Assembly: GCA_038496445.1 (NCBI GenBank)
Contig: JALMLS010000033.1
Coordinates: 24,676-88,675 of the forward strand
Direction: 5' to 3'
From: Trichosphaerium sp. ATCC 40318
Taxonomy: Eukaryota; Protista; Tubulinea
DNA length: 64,000 bases
In this document: piece by piece, positions 1 through 13,928 of the stretch
Position numbering within the stretch: position 1 is the stretch's first letter
Layout of the letters: each line of letters starts with the position of its first letter
The notes under the pieces: model-generated
What the model saw: the letters and a program-made list of their open reading frames with translations, nothing else
What the model was told of the DNA's origin: nothing
The model's database searches: none
Program-made: the position numbers and the translations under genes

Positions 1-2313
1 TTTTCAGCGTTCATGCCGTATGTCTTTATATTTTTTCTGTTTTTTTTCTTTCTACCGTGCACACATTATGCATGGTGCAAATTATTTTAAAATCATGCAC
101 ACTGTTCATATGGCGTCCTTTTATTTGGTACCATTGTTCTAACTTATTGACTGTTTCTGCCTAGGTACCAAAACAAGCAATCACAATGGGTGTTGGTACT
201 ATCCTCTCTGCTAGAAAGATTTTCATGCTCGCTTACGCGGAGCATAAAGGCATGTGATTCATATCTTCCGTGATTTGTCACGTGACTGCGCTTACTTTAT
301 TTAGCACATATTATAAAACGGGCAGTTGAAGGTGAGATTGATGAAAAAGTTGCTGCTACTTTTCTACAGGTTAGTCTCAACACAAAAACGCCACTTCCTC
401 TTATAGTCACCGTGTAGGAGCATCCAAACTCTGAGTGTGTCATTGACATGGCCGCTGCTAATCAGATATCTCGCTCAAAGTGCCCTTGGACACTTGTAGG
501 CAATGATACTGATTCGCACATCGAATGGACAGACAAGTGCGTAATTATTAGCTCGGTTACTGTTTTCTAATGCTCCTACTTTAGACTCATCAGGAAAGCA
601 GTTATATGGTTGTCTCTTAAGATCAAAAAACCAATTCTCAAATTAACAGAAGAGGATTACACTGCAGGTCACTTGACTGTACTTCTACGTGATACTCCAG
701 TACACAAGTTGAACATTAGCGTATTTAAGCACTTGCAATCAACCATCACTGGTTGGTGCGTAAAAATCAATTGTGCTTGTGCAAATTATAACGCATTGTA
801 GGCCAGGTGGTAAACCTACAGCATTGACAGCGTCAGGTGATATTAAAACTGCTCAAAATGCTGCTAATGTACGAAACATAAATTAAAACTCAATATTTTG
901 TAGAATTATTACTAAAACAAAGCCCTAGGTAAGCGCTCATCTTGGTGGAACAACTACACGTCTTCCTCAGGATTATATCATAACTGACTACACTCACATA
1001 AGTGCTGCAGTCAACCCTTTTATTGACAACTCCCTTTTTCCTAAAAAGGTATGTTGCATGTTTGTTAAGTTTTGCGTTGTTGTAATCATTAATGGAACCT
1101 ATGAAGGTTTTGATTTTTTCACCTCACCCTGATGATGACGTCATTTCAATGGGCGGTACTTTCATCCGCCTATGCGAGCAAGGTCACCAGGTATAGTCAT
1201 TCGCACAATAGTTCTTGTTATTCACTGTACTCACAGGTACATGTCGCATACCAAACTTCTGGATCTATTGCTGTTTGGGATGAGGATGTAAGACGTTTTG
1301 CAGACTTTGCTGCTCAATACGGTAAAATGTTTGGCATTGAAGCTGAGAAATTAGCAGAAAAGAAAGCTCGCATTGATGTACGTAAAAGTTTTTGAAACAA
1401 GATGATTTATGATGCCTTGTTTTCTTATATTGAGTTCCCGTAGGCTTGTATTAAATCTAAGAAACCTGGTGAACCTGATACAAAAGAAATCTTAGAGATC
1501 AAAGGCATTATACGTGCTACTGAAGCAAAGTAAGAGAGACTTGCAAACAGCTTTATTCTTTTCACCTTGTACTTATTTTTTTTCCTTTTCTTCTCATAGA
1601 TCCGCTGCTCTCTATTGTGGTGCTGCACCTGAGAATATTCATTTCTTGAATATGCCATTTTACGAATCAGGAAAAGTCAAAAAGAATCCGCTTTCTGATA
1701 AAGATATTCAGATTATTAAAAACTTAATTGAAGAGATCAAGCCACAGCAAATCTATGCAGCAGGTGTATGTATAAGACTTACTTAACTTCTTTAACGTGA
1801 GAACTCACTCTCTTTTTGTAGGATTTGTCTGATCCTCACGGAACACATCGTCAGTGTCTTCTAGCAATATTAGATGCTTTGCAACTTGTCAAAACTCAAG
1901 ATTGGTTCAAGAAGTGTCAAGTGTTCCTTTACAGAGGCGCATGGCAAGAGTGGTGCGTTACTAGTAATCTCAGCTTGTTATAATTAAATTGTATTGATAG
2001 GGAGCCTCATGATATTGAAATGGCTCTTCCATTGTCTCCAGTAGAATTAAGACAGAAGAGATTCGCCATTTTCAAGCATCAAAGTCAGAAAGATACGCCA
2101 GCGTTCCCTGGATCTGATCCGAGAGAGTTTTGGCAACGTAGTGAAGCGAGAAACAGGTACATTTGTTGACATTTTTTATTGAATTTTTTGTTGACAAGTG
2201 CCTTTAGAAACACTGCTAAGCTTTACGATGCGTTGGGTCTACCTGAATACGAGGCAATTGAGTGTTTTGTTGAATACAATGTATTCAAGGACAACGAAGA
2301 TATCCCATTGTAG
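1..2313 (+). CDS. nagB: Glucosamine-6-phosphate deaminase, long form with C-terminal PIG-L/LmbE-like domain (5'-partial, multi-exon)
   Basis: Spliced exons give VPKQAITMGVGTILSARKI, TITGWPGGKP, FSPHPDDDVISMGGT, VHVAYQTSGSIAV, MPFYESGKVKK, DLSDPHGTH, YRGAWQEW, AIFKHQSQKD and DPREFWQRSEARN. Stop TAG at 2311-2313. Confidence 0.92.
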
Positions 2314-2544
2314 GTTCAATCGCGAACACAATAGTTTTTAAGGCAATAAAAGGGCTTTCTTCATGCTTCTCGTTAAAAAGTGTCATAGCGTACCTCTGCT
2401 TCTCTTTATTTATTGTATGTGTTTGTTTTACGCGAAATGGACAGGTGTCAACATTGTAGAACTGCAGTAGTTTGTGCTTTTATTTGAAATTGTTGGTAAA
2501 AAAGTGACCAAAAAACAAAAACATCAATTACTGAACGAGAAAGC

Positions 2545-5500
2545 ATGTTGAGCTGGATATCTCGTATTGTGGGATATAACACACCTACTACTATAATAGA
2601 ATGTGCCAAAGAGGGGTATATGGCTGGTTTGGAGAATTTTGAAGGAGATGTAGACGAATTACGCGGTCCTGACGGGTGTACTGCGTTAATGGTTGCTTGT
2701 CAGTGCGTTAACAATTTTCTATGTTGAAGGGCGTCTAAAAAATTATTTAAATGCGCCACCGCTCTGTAAATAAACTAACATTGTCGTAGACATGGTCAAA
2801 TAGAATTTGCACAAAAACTGCTTACAATGGGTGCTGATCTCGATGCCCGTAGCGGCCAAAAATTCACACCATTGCACGTTGCGGTATACAGCCAGTACGC
2901 TAAAAAAGATAGTATCACTTTTTTTAATAACGCTTTGAATAGAGCCGAAAACGTACTCATAATGTCGCTTTTGAAGCGCGGTGCAGCATTAGAAGCTTGC
3001 GACCAAAATGACTTTACACCTTTACACATGGTACGTCATTGTTCTTGAAACGGTATTCAACGTGTTCCTAGGCTTGTACAGAGAATTGCCTCAGACTTGT
3101 AAAGCTTCTTATCGAAGAAGGCGCTGACATCAACGCACAGAGTACGATTAACACGTTAAACTCTACAATTTCAGTGAAACAATCGATCTAAAGCGAGACT
3201 TCTTCCTACGGGACTAACTTTATTTTTTTTTAGCTAACATGGGTTTTACGCCGCTTATTGTAGCATCTTGTAATGGATTTTTGGACATTGTAGATTACTT
3301 GATTGAGAAAAAAGCTGACGGAAAGTTACGAACTTTCAAAGGCTTGGAAACTGCTGCTATCTTCTCAGTACGGTATGCTAGACCCACCAACTTAATATAG
3401 TACTAAGGAACTAATATCTTCATTAGATCTAAACAGACGGAAATCACAAAGCGGTTATTAAAGGCGTACCCTGAAATGTTGGATCTTGCTACAGTACGTC
3501 TTTTTTTTTTCTTATTTACGCGTTCTGTTTTATACGTCTCACATCTTAGTTATGATTTTAAAGAAACTGATTTTTACTAATAGGTATCCGGTGGAAATTG
3601 CCTACACTTTGCTGCTCAGTTATCAGATATTGGTGCGTCATCGAATCCATAAAACTTGTCTGTTTCAAGGTTTTTTTTCGTGGTTTTAACCGTCTTTTTG
3701 TAGAAATGGTTGATTACTTATGCTCTCTGGGTGCTGATATCAACTCTCAAAAGAAAAACGGTGGAACTGTATTGCATATTGCTTGTGAGATGAATAAGGT
3801 TGATATGATCACACAACTATTAGAGAGAGGTGCTAAAATTGAAGCAACATCCGCTTTTGGAACAACAGGTACAAAACACTTATTCCTTTCTTATTTTATT
3901 CTTACCATTTTGTTTTACATAGCTTTACATCATGCTTGTAATAAAAAACGTTATGAGGTTTTGAAAGCACTACTAGAGATTGGTAAAGCATCTGTAGTAT
4001 GTCAAGATAAAGATGGCCTCACACCTCTACATGCATTGTGTTCATCTCCAGTACGCTCTTTTTCTATTTTAAACCCAACATCTTAGCTCTTAATGCTATT
4101 CATTCGAATTGCACCTTTGGGTTCTTTTTAACGATAAAGACATGCTCTTTTTTTGCGCATTTGATTAGTACTAATCTAGATCTTCTGTAGAAAGCAGAAC
4201 ACGAAGTCTCTATAAAAATGGCTGAACTTCTTTTGAAGAGTGGTGCTGATCCTAATGCTGGTGATAACTCTTCAGCTACTCCATTACATCATGCTGTTTC
4301 TAGAAAATATCATTTGGAACTTGTCAGATTTTTACTTGAGGTACTTAAACATTCTAACATAAACTGTTACCCTCCATTCGTACAACAAAAAACTAAGCTT
4401 CAACCGTGCATTTTGCGAAACTTTTTTTTGCTAGTTTCTTGACTTTCTATTTCATCTTTGATGAATTGTATACCTCTTTATTTGATTATTTACTTATCTA
4501 TTCAATAGAATAAAGCAAATCCTACACAAGCAGATGACTACGGATGGACACCATTACATTTAACGATGAATATGTACAATCATCCACCAATGGTTGAACT
4601 TCTTAAAGAGTATTGTGATAAGAACTATCCTGAGTTTATGAAGACATTTGATCCTAAATTAAAGCGTAAAGAACTTGCAGGTAAAGATTATACTTCCAAT
4701 GAGATGGTTGTTAAAGAAGCAAACGTCTTTTTCAACAGAAATAAATAGATTACTTTTTTTGAGAAAAAAATAAGAAGCTCCAGTGTTTTTCTTGACCATT
4801 TTTTTATTTGGCTGTACTTTGACTTACGCAGTCTTAGACAAGTCTGCGTATGCACACCATGAACTATCAAAAGATGAGCGTGATGCTGTACTTGGTGATG
4901 TTTCATTAGAAGGCATCGCTGAGAAGATAAAGACAGGAAAGATAAAAAATGTGATTGTTCTAACAGGTGCTGGTATTTCAACGAATGCTGGTATCCCTGA
5001 TTTTAGATCACCTGATAAGGGCATGTATACAACCGATATTGTTCAAAAAATGGCCAAGGTTGGCGGTAAAGTATCATTCTCAGTAGCGAATCTTGTTGCA
5101 AATCCAGAAGACTATTACGCAGTTGTAAGAGCTTTGTTCATGCCTGTTGTCCGTGGAGATATTAAGTACGTTTTTGAGTATATCAATGGTCTTCTTTCAA
5201 TGTGTCTAAAGTTATTTGTAGGCCAACTGCTGCACATCACTTCATAAAGCTTCTGAACGACAAAGGCGTTTTGGTTAGAAACTATACACAAAACATCGAT
5301 AATTTAGAAGGCGTTGCAAATATTCCTGCTGATAAAATGGTTGAAGCTCATGGTTCTTTCCGTGGTGCGAGATGCGTAGCTTGTGGTAAACATTCCTCTG
5401 ATATGGATGCATTTTGGGCAACAGTTGAGAAAGAGGTGAGAAGCTTACAGCCTTGCCTTTTTTATATTTGAAGATTTCTTACATTTTTAATCCAGGCTGT

Positions 5501-6054
5501 ACCACACTGTGTTCATTGTGGTGGAATAATGAGACCAAATGTTGTTGCATTCGGAGAATCTCTACCAGCTCGATTCCATGATGTTCAGGCTGTACGTACT
5601 TAAAAATATTTGATAATTTTTTTTTGAAGTCTTGTAAGCACGTGAAGCGTGTTTCATTCAAAAAGCCTATTATCATAACTTATCGTTTTATAGGCTGACT
5701 TTGAGGATTGTGATTTGATAATAGTACTTGGTACTTCTCTTACTGTATACCCTTTTGCTGCTCTTGCCAATACATGCTCTCTAAAGACACCAAGATTGGT
5801 ACGCCTCTCTAGAATTGTTATCAACCACAATACTCACGCTGATGTAGCTCTTCAATCGTGAGGCTGTTGGACCTTTCGCAAAGAGTGTTTGGTTTGGTAA
5901 GAAAGATGATGATTGTGTTAAACTAGAGAATAAAAATGAGGATAAAGAGTGCTATAGAGATGTAGCATTTATTGGAGATATTGATGGCGGTGTAAAGCAC
6001 TTTTCAAGTTTACTTGGATGGCAGGATGATCTAAAAGCGCTTTGTGAAAACTAG
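2545..6054 (+). CDS. Ankyrin-repeat / sirtuin (class I SIR2-family NAD-dependent deacylase) fusion
   Basis: Many ankyrin repeats ([49 protein letters not shown]). The intron 4681-4836 joins them in frame (ELA/DKSAY) to a SIR2 domain with [29 protein letters not shown]...[13 protein letters not shown] and GTSLTVYPF. Stop at 6052-6054. Confidence 0.88.
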
Positions 6055-7448
6055 AAAACCTCTCATGAATCAAGGATAATAGATCTATCAGTATACTATC
6101 ACTATTGTTAAATAATAAAAAAACCCGACGAGGGACTTCCTAGAAAATGGTTACAACTCTTTAGCTCGAAAATACCTTCATGATTTAATGAACGTTTAGT
6201 TCACCCCACGTGTTCGAAATACCTTTCGTAATTGTTTCTTGCACTTACAGGAAAGTACTGTCCTTCATGAAATGGGCCTTGTGTAGTGATCATAACAAAC
6301 ACTTTATTAAGTAAAACGACAGGTCTTTCATGTTCTGGGAAGCTCGCTTGTATAAGAATGTGATCATGTAATACTATGCGTAGCATGTATTTCACTAAAA
6401 AGATCGGACCAAATAACACCGTTCATCTGGTTGCAACAGCTAAAGCAAATGTGTAAAGCCTTTGAACTCAAATTGTTGATGATTTGCTTCCGTATGCTTG
6501 TGTATCTGAGATTTATTTGAAAAATGGCAAGTTAGCTTCAGCGCAAGCTGCTCTTTAGCTCACCCAACTTGGTTATGTGATAAAACCATTCTAATGTGTC
6601 AACTGATAAGCTACAACGCGGGTTGGGTGTGCACTACTTTCGCGAATTGATTAGAGCCACGATTGACTAAAAAATGTGCTGTTTTCTGCAAAAATGTTGT
6701 ACAAAAGGCCTCCTAAAGAACAGATTTCGAGAAATACTGCAAACCCTTCAACACATGCAAATAGTGAGATTACGCGACACTTGCCAAATTAAAAAAGTCA
6801 CGTGTTTTCTAAGATACAGTTAACCATACTAATGTTTACCAGGGCTTGTACAACACTTGATAGCATGATACCTGCACTTGCTACAACTGAAGTAAATAGC
6901 CTTTTGAAAACAATAATTACGTATTCTCAACAAGTATGGCATTGACACGAGCTACCTTTAACTATAAATGATGTTTTTTATGTCCGAACGCTAAGGGATT
7001 TACCTCTTTCTACTCTACTTTTTATGCAACTGTCAAGAGTTTGACTTACTTTCAACAAGATGTTTATAAAGGTTTGAATGTAAAGAGTTTTCTGCACTAA
7101 GTAGTTGGTGCGAAAAAAAAAAAGAGAATCTCACTGTACTAAAGCCTTGGTGGGTCTTCATGATAGGTCTACATAATTGAAGGCATATAACAAAAGCGGG
7201 TGCCAAGGCGCTTAAACGGGACAATTGTTTGTTTGTATCAGGCTTTTTTAGATGATTGTTCGGATAGGAAAGCCTTAGAGAAATATGAATCTTTATAAAT
7301 GTTCATACTTCCCAAATCTCTAAGGGTACATGCTTAACTATAAAATAAAGGGTCAGAAATTTCGCAGTTTTTGTCACGTGCCGGACAAAATAGTTTACCC
7401 GTCGTATGTGTCGGAGAAATTAGAGCTGCATTCACCGGTAATAATTAA

Positions 7449-8420
7449 ATGGCATCTACTAAGACAACCACTCACAAGTTCTTCCATGATGTTAACTTCT
7501 GGAACAACAGAGCTGGGACAATGTCAAAAAAGACTATCGCCAATATTTTCTTGCGAGACGGTTTATTGAAAATTATAAAGGCAATGCCTCAGCCAAAGCA
7601 AGGAGAAGTAGTTTTAGATATAGGCTGTGGCGACGGGAATGGTCTGATTGTACTCGAAGAGATATATGGAGACAGTGGCGCTTCCTTTCATGGTGTCGAT
7701 ATAGCGCCTAAAATGATTGCTTGGTGTGAAGGCTTAAAACTTCCAAATGTAACAAAACTTGAGGTACTACAATCACTAGATTATGCAGTCGCTAACATAG
7801 ATACAAGGTCCAAGATGCATGTAAGATGGATAAATTAAAGTCAAACGCATATCATCACGTGATAAGCACTTTTTGTTTGGAATTTGTTACGGATCACGTG
7901 AGCGCATTCAAAGAACTTTTTAGAGTGATGAAGAAAGGGTCAAAAGCGTATGTTTTAGCATGGTCAGGGAACACTCCATTTGCACCTGTTCAAGAAATTG
8001 CAAAGAAGATTGCACCTGAAAACCCTAGGTCATCAATGGGATATAATAAACCTATCCTAAGCAACAAGGAATACTTCAAAGATGTTGTAACAAAAGCAGG
8101 TTTTCCCAATTTTACTATTGACGAAGTGGATGTTGAATATCAAGGAACATTCGATGCTTGGTATACTCTTATTGAACCAGAAATTGTGAAGCATCTTACT
8201 TTGGAGAACGTGGAAGGGTTAAAGAAAGTGGCTAGAGATACCATAAACGAACTATTTGGTATTGATATGGAAAGTTTACTCAAAAGTGTCCGTGTTGGAT
8301 ACTGATGGCTAATAAAAACTAGAGATTGCCAGTAGTGCTAAAGTACTTTTCAATGAGTGTCAGGTTTTTCGTCCTTTAAGATTAAAAGTACCATGCAAAT
8401 ATGCTATGTTGTTTACTTGA
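7449..8420 (+). CDS. Class I SAM-dependent methyltransferase
   Basis: Motif I VLDIGCGDG, GVDIAPKMI, VQDACK after an intron at about 7763-7807, and AFKELFRVMKKG. The 3' exon structure and end are uncertain. Confidence 0.85.
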
Positions 8421-8646
8421 CTTAGAGACTGAAAGTTTCAAGCGTTGTTTGAGCACAGTACTTTTTATCCCCGTTTTTTTCAGGTTTTAATCAAGCATTT
8501 TTTGTGTGGATAAGATCTTTATTTATATTAGTTGTTCCGTACAAATACCAGATTTTAAAGCAATTGGTACTTGTTACCAGTTGTAAATAGGTTTCATTTA
8601 GAATATCAACAACAGTCTGTACAAGTTATTGGATCTACATTGCCAA

Positions 8647-11600
8647 CTAGCAGACTGAACATTGACATTCATTACCAAACAAGGTACATCCAAGGTAATT
8701 ATTTGGTCCCACAGTCTGTAATCTATCCGTACATCCATTGTCAATGCAAACATTCCCTCTGAGGGTAGGTTGTACAGTACAAAGACCATCAAGGTCAGGG
8801 GAAGTACATGAACATTCTGTTACTCTTACCGCTATTTAAAAGGATTAGAATAGGTTTCAATACTACTAGAGTTGTTTGTTTACCTCCAAATGTCGAAGGA
8901 AAGTAGTCATATCTCCTGCATTCCAAATCTGAACCCACTCGATCACTATTTGCAACACAGCCATTGTCAACACAATTGTCAGTTGTTGGATCATAGTAGC
9001 AACATCCACCGCTCTATTAAAACATGTAAGCGAAAACATATGAATACACTATCAAGTACGTGAGGTGCAGTTGGTGGAGCTGTTGGTGATATTGTAGGTA
9101 CAAGTGTAGGTGCGTTTGTTGGAGCAGCTGTGGTAGGAGAAGCCGTTGTTGGAGTGATTGTGGTTGGGGAAGCTGTTGTTGGAGGTATTGTAGATGGCAA
9201 GTTTGTTGGAGATTCAGTAGGTGTAGTGGTTGGCGTAACTCCATCTAGATAATCGTAAGAACGGTGACGAAAGAAGTATTTACAAACAATAGAAGTACTA
9301 AACAACGTACTACAATCACAACAACAAGCACATTTGACTGTCACTTCAAAGAATTCATTTTTTTGACAGCAATTGAGATCCAACGCTATTCTATCAATAA
9401 TCTGACATTCGCCAACCTCATGAACAGGAAGTCCCATACCACTACATGTTCTAAACAAATAAATTAGCTTTATAACATCTTGAGTGAATAAATAAGACGT
9501 ACTGGTTGCATTGTTGTGTTGCAATAAAGCTGGCATCACTGAAGGCAACATTTACATCACAATCAGTAGATGTTCCAGTACCGAGGGTTGGTACAAAACA
9601 AGGTTCAGGTGTTGGTGCCATTGTTGGTGCCAACGTTGTAGGAGCCGTAGTAGTTGGCGGTATTGTTGTTGGTGCTAGCGTAGTAGGTGGCAAGGTGGTT
9701 GGAGGTAATGTTGTAGGTGCTACAGGTACTGTAGGTGCGAACGTCGGGGGCACAGGAGCGCACGAGCATCCTTCCCAAACTACTTGAAGTCCATAGTGGC
9801 TACCAGCATTTTCTGTTAAAACTCGAAGATTGTTAGGTCCTGTTACAAGTCCATTTGCCCTTGTAAGTTGAAACAATGGTATGTTTGCAACATCATATTC
9901 ATCAAACTGAACGCAAGACATATTAAAAGGTTGTCCGTTAATACTAGCACCGTTGTAGTAATTATCAACCCAGCAACGTCCTTTTAATACTGGATTCACA
10001 CATTCTATTAACTTGTTAACATAAAGTTCAATCACGTGATATTAGCGTACCTTCAGGAATATCAAAGTCGGTTGTAAATTCAACTGTTGCGTATATTGGC
10101 CTACCATATCCTCTGATCCATGTACCCTACTAGCGGAGTGAGCTAAGGTTAAAAGAAGTAGAATGAGTACTGGAGGTAGAGCGAAGTTTACTGTTGATGG
10201 TTGAGCCCAGTTTCCTATTACTACAGCAGTATATGCCAAGCAACATGTGTTTGGTATAAATAGCGGATCTCCCCAACAGTTCCTGAAACCTGTATGACTA
10301 CCACCACATATTTGCCAGTGTGATTCCGGGCTCGATGTTACGAATTGATTATAGAGTCGTGCTGATGCAGGAATATTATTGAAAGCATCATCAACACCTT
10401 GTAAGAAGAATAAGAAGTAGTAGCTAAAATGTTGTTGCCAAGTTTGTACCTGTAGGATACAGTCCAAGAGAATCTAAGCATTGTTGTACTGGCTCATATG
10501 GCGGTGTTGGTGATAGAGTCGTTGGTGGACTTGTTGGTGCTTGAGTTGTTGGTGTTAAACTACCGAACAGTTGACTACATGTTTGATTGGTACTGAATCT
10601 CCATCCCAAAGCTACACACAGAGTGTAAGAAAGATTACAACAAAAATCACACAAAACGTACTGTACAAGATAGATATTTCTTCAACAGTCCATGATCGTC
10701 TGAGTTGTTGTGGTGATATACCAGGACGCATGACAGCATCAAGATGAACCAATGGATCCAAATGACCCATGCTCGTGCCGTGAGCAAAAACAGATGGTGT
10801 AAAGATGACAGGAAGTGTCTCTCCGACTCTTGGACAATCAGTTGTATCCACAGAATCGAACACAATTTGACCCAAACCTCCACTACATAGAACGTTGAAA
10901 TTAGTGTTGAGCTGACTTTGTAGGTAAGAGTTTTATGTACGTTGGAGCTCCGGATGCTACCATGAATGCTCCAGTGGCATCTAATAGTGGAGTGTTTGTA
11001 GAAGCGACTTTGAGGTGTCTATCAAATAGAGAACGGCACAGCTAAATGTTACGAGTCAGCTACAATTGAATACTGCTAACACAATGTACAGGGTTTGGTG
11101 TAACGCTTCCACCTGTAGGATCAATGTAACTAATAAATCCAAGACCATGAGTCAGCTCATGTAGCATGACAGAGTAGAAATCAAATTGATTGGTAGGAGG
11201 AGCACCAGCACCGTAATGGTAGGCTAAGAAAAATAAGTGTGAATGTGATCACATACTTTCTTTTCACTTTTTTGTGATAAAATGTCAAAACATAGACACG
11301 TACTTTGTCCAAAGTTAACTTGAACGCGGATATGAGGGTCTCTACCAAAAGTAGGGTTTGTTCCAGTCAAATAAGCTTGTATTGGATAAGGTGTTTGAAA
11401 TCCAGCAGCCAGAGTAAACAACGGTCCCGCTTTTGCAAGTAGAGGTGATAACGTGTTTAATGACTGTTGTACTTCAATGTGGATCTGCACTATAAAATCA
11501 AATGTTAACGAAAACGACAGTTTTACAACAAAAGGGTAATGGTTCTGCTACTTTTCAAACCAAAAAAGTACCTGATGGAACTCCTGTTGGTAAGGCAAAC

Positions 11601-12037
11601 GTGTTACCAACATCCAACAATACCGATTCAAGGACCTGACGTCTTGTAGCGCCATCTGTAGGGTTGTTGAATCCTGTACCGACATCAAGATAATCTATCT
11701 CCCACGAGACACTTGAAGTTGTAACCTAGACAGAAAGAAATTACAAAAAAGTTGATGACGATATCAGAGGTAAAGGTGAATACAAGGTAACTTGCTTTAA
11801 ACAATCAAAATACGTACAATCTGGATCTGTTCAATGTTTCTTTTGGTTTCCGAGGGTGTTACCTCAACGCAGTCATAAGTTGTGCACCATACAACCCGTG
11901 GTTTTTCCTTTTATTGTAGATAAGTATCATCGGGTTTAACCCAAATGAAGATACTGTACCTGCTCTTCGTTGTTATTGGCATCAACGCCTGAAAGGTATA
12001 AAACCAGCAGTATTATGATTAGAAGCGATTTGCTCAT
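8647..12037 (-). CDS. Secreted zinc-metalloprotease-like protein with jelly-roll-like domain, Pro/Thr mucin stalks and Cys-rich C-terminus (copy A)
   Basis: Signal peptide MSKSLLIIILLVLYLSGVDA, DFYSVMLHELTHGLGF, distal GTSMGHLD and VMRP, PTT repeats, ends ECQCSVC-stop. Inverted paralogue of 13929-17228. Confidence 0.8.
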
Positions 12038-13928
12038 GTGTTGTTGCTTGAGTTGTTGTTTGAGAAAATAAGTGTGATGTGGCAGCAAAATAGGTTTAGT
12101 TTTCATCTTTTCAGATTTGTGATTTCGTTCGGCAAAAATGCGCCGCAAGTGAAAACGTAAAAACTCACTCAAATACAGTATTTCTGTGATGTCAACATAT
12201 ATCTGAACTGATATGTTCAACTCCGGCACAAAGTTCATGTTTTATTTTCGCTAAAATCGATGCGACAGAATAAATTTGATAAAATACACTATCCTCTGTT
12301 TACATAAAATCTAACGCTTGGAATCTAATATTGACTATTTTCATACGTGATTTTATAGGAGGAACGCAAAAATTAGATTATTATTCAGAAACAGCCAAGT
12401 TCCACATTAGATTAGGTCTTTTCTTGTTTTTTCATGAATTTCAAGTGCGTAAAATACAACTCCTTTTAGGAGTTGTCATGTACATCCTATTAGAGTGTCA
12501 CAAGCGTAAAAAACTGATTGTATCGACAATGTTTTTTTTAAAAGTAGGCTTTTGCGTACAAGAACTTTTTCATTTTATCTGTAAGTAACAATAGCCGATA
12601 AGCTATGGCTCGTCCATACAAGACCAATATGTTTGCTACCGCAAGTGTTTTAAAACAGAAAATGACCTTACAATTAATTGGGTTGCTATTGACAACTAGT
12701 CTGCACTACTTTCTATTCCTGAGCGTGTACAATAGAGATGTACTAATAAACCTTAAAATACCTTAGCAGAACTCAAATCACGGATGTCAACGTCATGAAT
12801 AACAATAGTGTTGCATTGCAGTCTAGTAGATAAAACGTTGCCCATCTCACGGTGATTGTACAAAATAATATCACAGATTTATGCAGGCCCTATAGTGACA
12901 CATGATACTCTCCAGTCAAAATAAGGGACTGTGAGTTGAGGACTCGGAAGACACTCTATCCCGGGTTCATAATTTTACGATCAATAAGCTTACAAAGTAG
13001 GTGAAACCTTCGAGAAAAGTGAAATAAGTTGCCAAATAATTGATTTTTTTAACAAGCTACAATCTTCCAGGTACAATAAGCAATCGTTAAAACAATATTT
13101 TACAATGATAGCCTTTAGAGAATATTACTTTAATGGAGATACACTGGTTTTGATAAAAATTCTATAGGCCACTAGTTAGAAAGAATCATGGCGATTACTA
13201 TAGAAGTCACTTTTGTCAATTGAGACTGAATTCAAGGCCGCTTGAAGAAAAATACATTATACATCTAGAAAGTAACACATAGATTTGTACTTACTGTACA
13301 GCGCTCTGCAGCCGCCCAATATTACTTTGCAAAGGAAATAAAAAATTAGCTAAAATAAATGCAACGCAATAAAATTTGTAAAATACATGTGAACTTATTT
13401 TTGGCGACAACAAAAATTATATGCAAGCGCTAGTGAAAATTGTTATACTAATGTTCAATGCTTTTTTGAGCTCCGCAAAGGAACTTTTTGGCAAAATCAC
13501 GAAAAACCACGTGAATCATCTGTTACCGTTCTCAGTTTCACATAATTTTTCTACATTGTCTCCGTTGCCCTTGATTACATGAAATGTCAATAAATAGCAG
13601 GGTCGGATGAGTTTGGTACCCACTGGGATTTGGTTGTTTTATTTTGCCTATTCCTGCGACAACTTGTTTTTATGCTATCAAAACATGTTATGCTACAAAG
13701 TTTGAACTAACTCTTTGTTAAAAGCCATTCATTGATTGTGAACGTTAACTCAGATTGCTTATTGTCCATTATTATCATCATAAGTTCTATGCAGAGAGAC
13801 GAGATTTGTTCAGGCTTCATTTGAAGGAGTCGTTTCTCATGAAACCCATCTTAAAAGATGAAAATTGGCAAGTTTTTGTGTTGCCACATCACACTTATTT
13901 TCTCGAACAACAACTCAAGCAACAACAC

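Noticed and set aside
4837-6054. SIR2 domain as a prokaryotic anti-phage NADase (Thoeris/DSR type)
   Set aside because: It has spliceosomal introns, a Zn-binding module and canonical deacylase motifs.
6117-6137. Reverse complement CCCTCGTCGGG plus a T run resembling the tRNA-Lys 3' end
   Set aside because: Only 11 bp match and there is no upstream tRNA similarity. It may be a remnant but cannot be supported.
6200-7300. Short ORFs in intergenic gaps (also 12300-13800 and 44400-45100)
   Set aside because: No recognisable motifs or consistent splice model, possibly decayed sequence.
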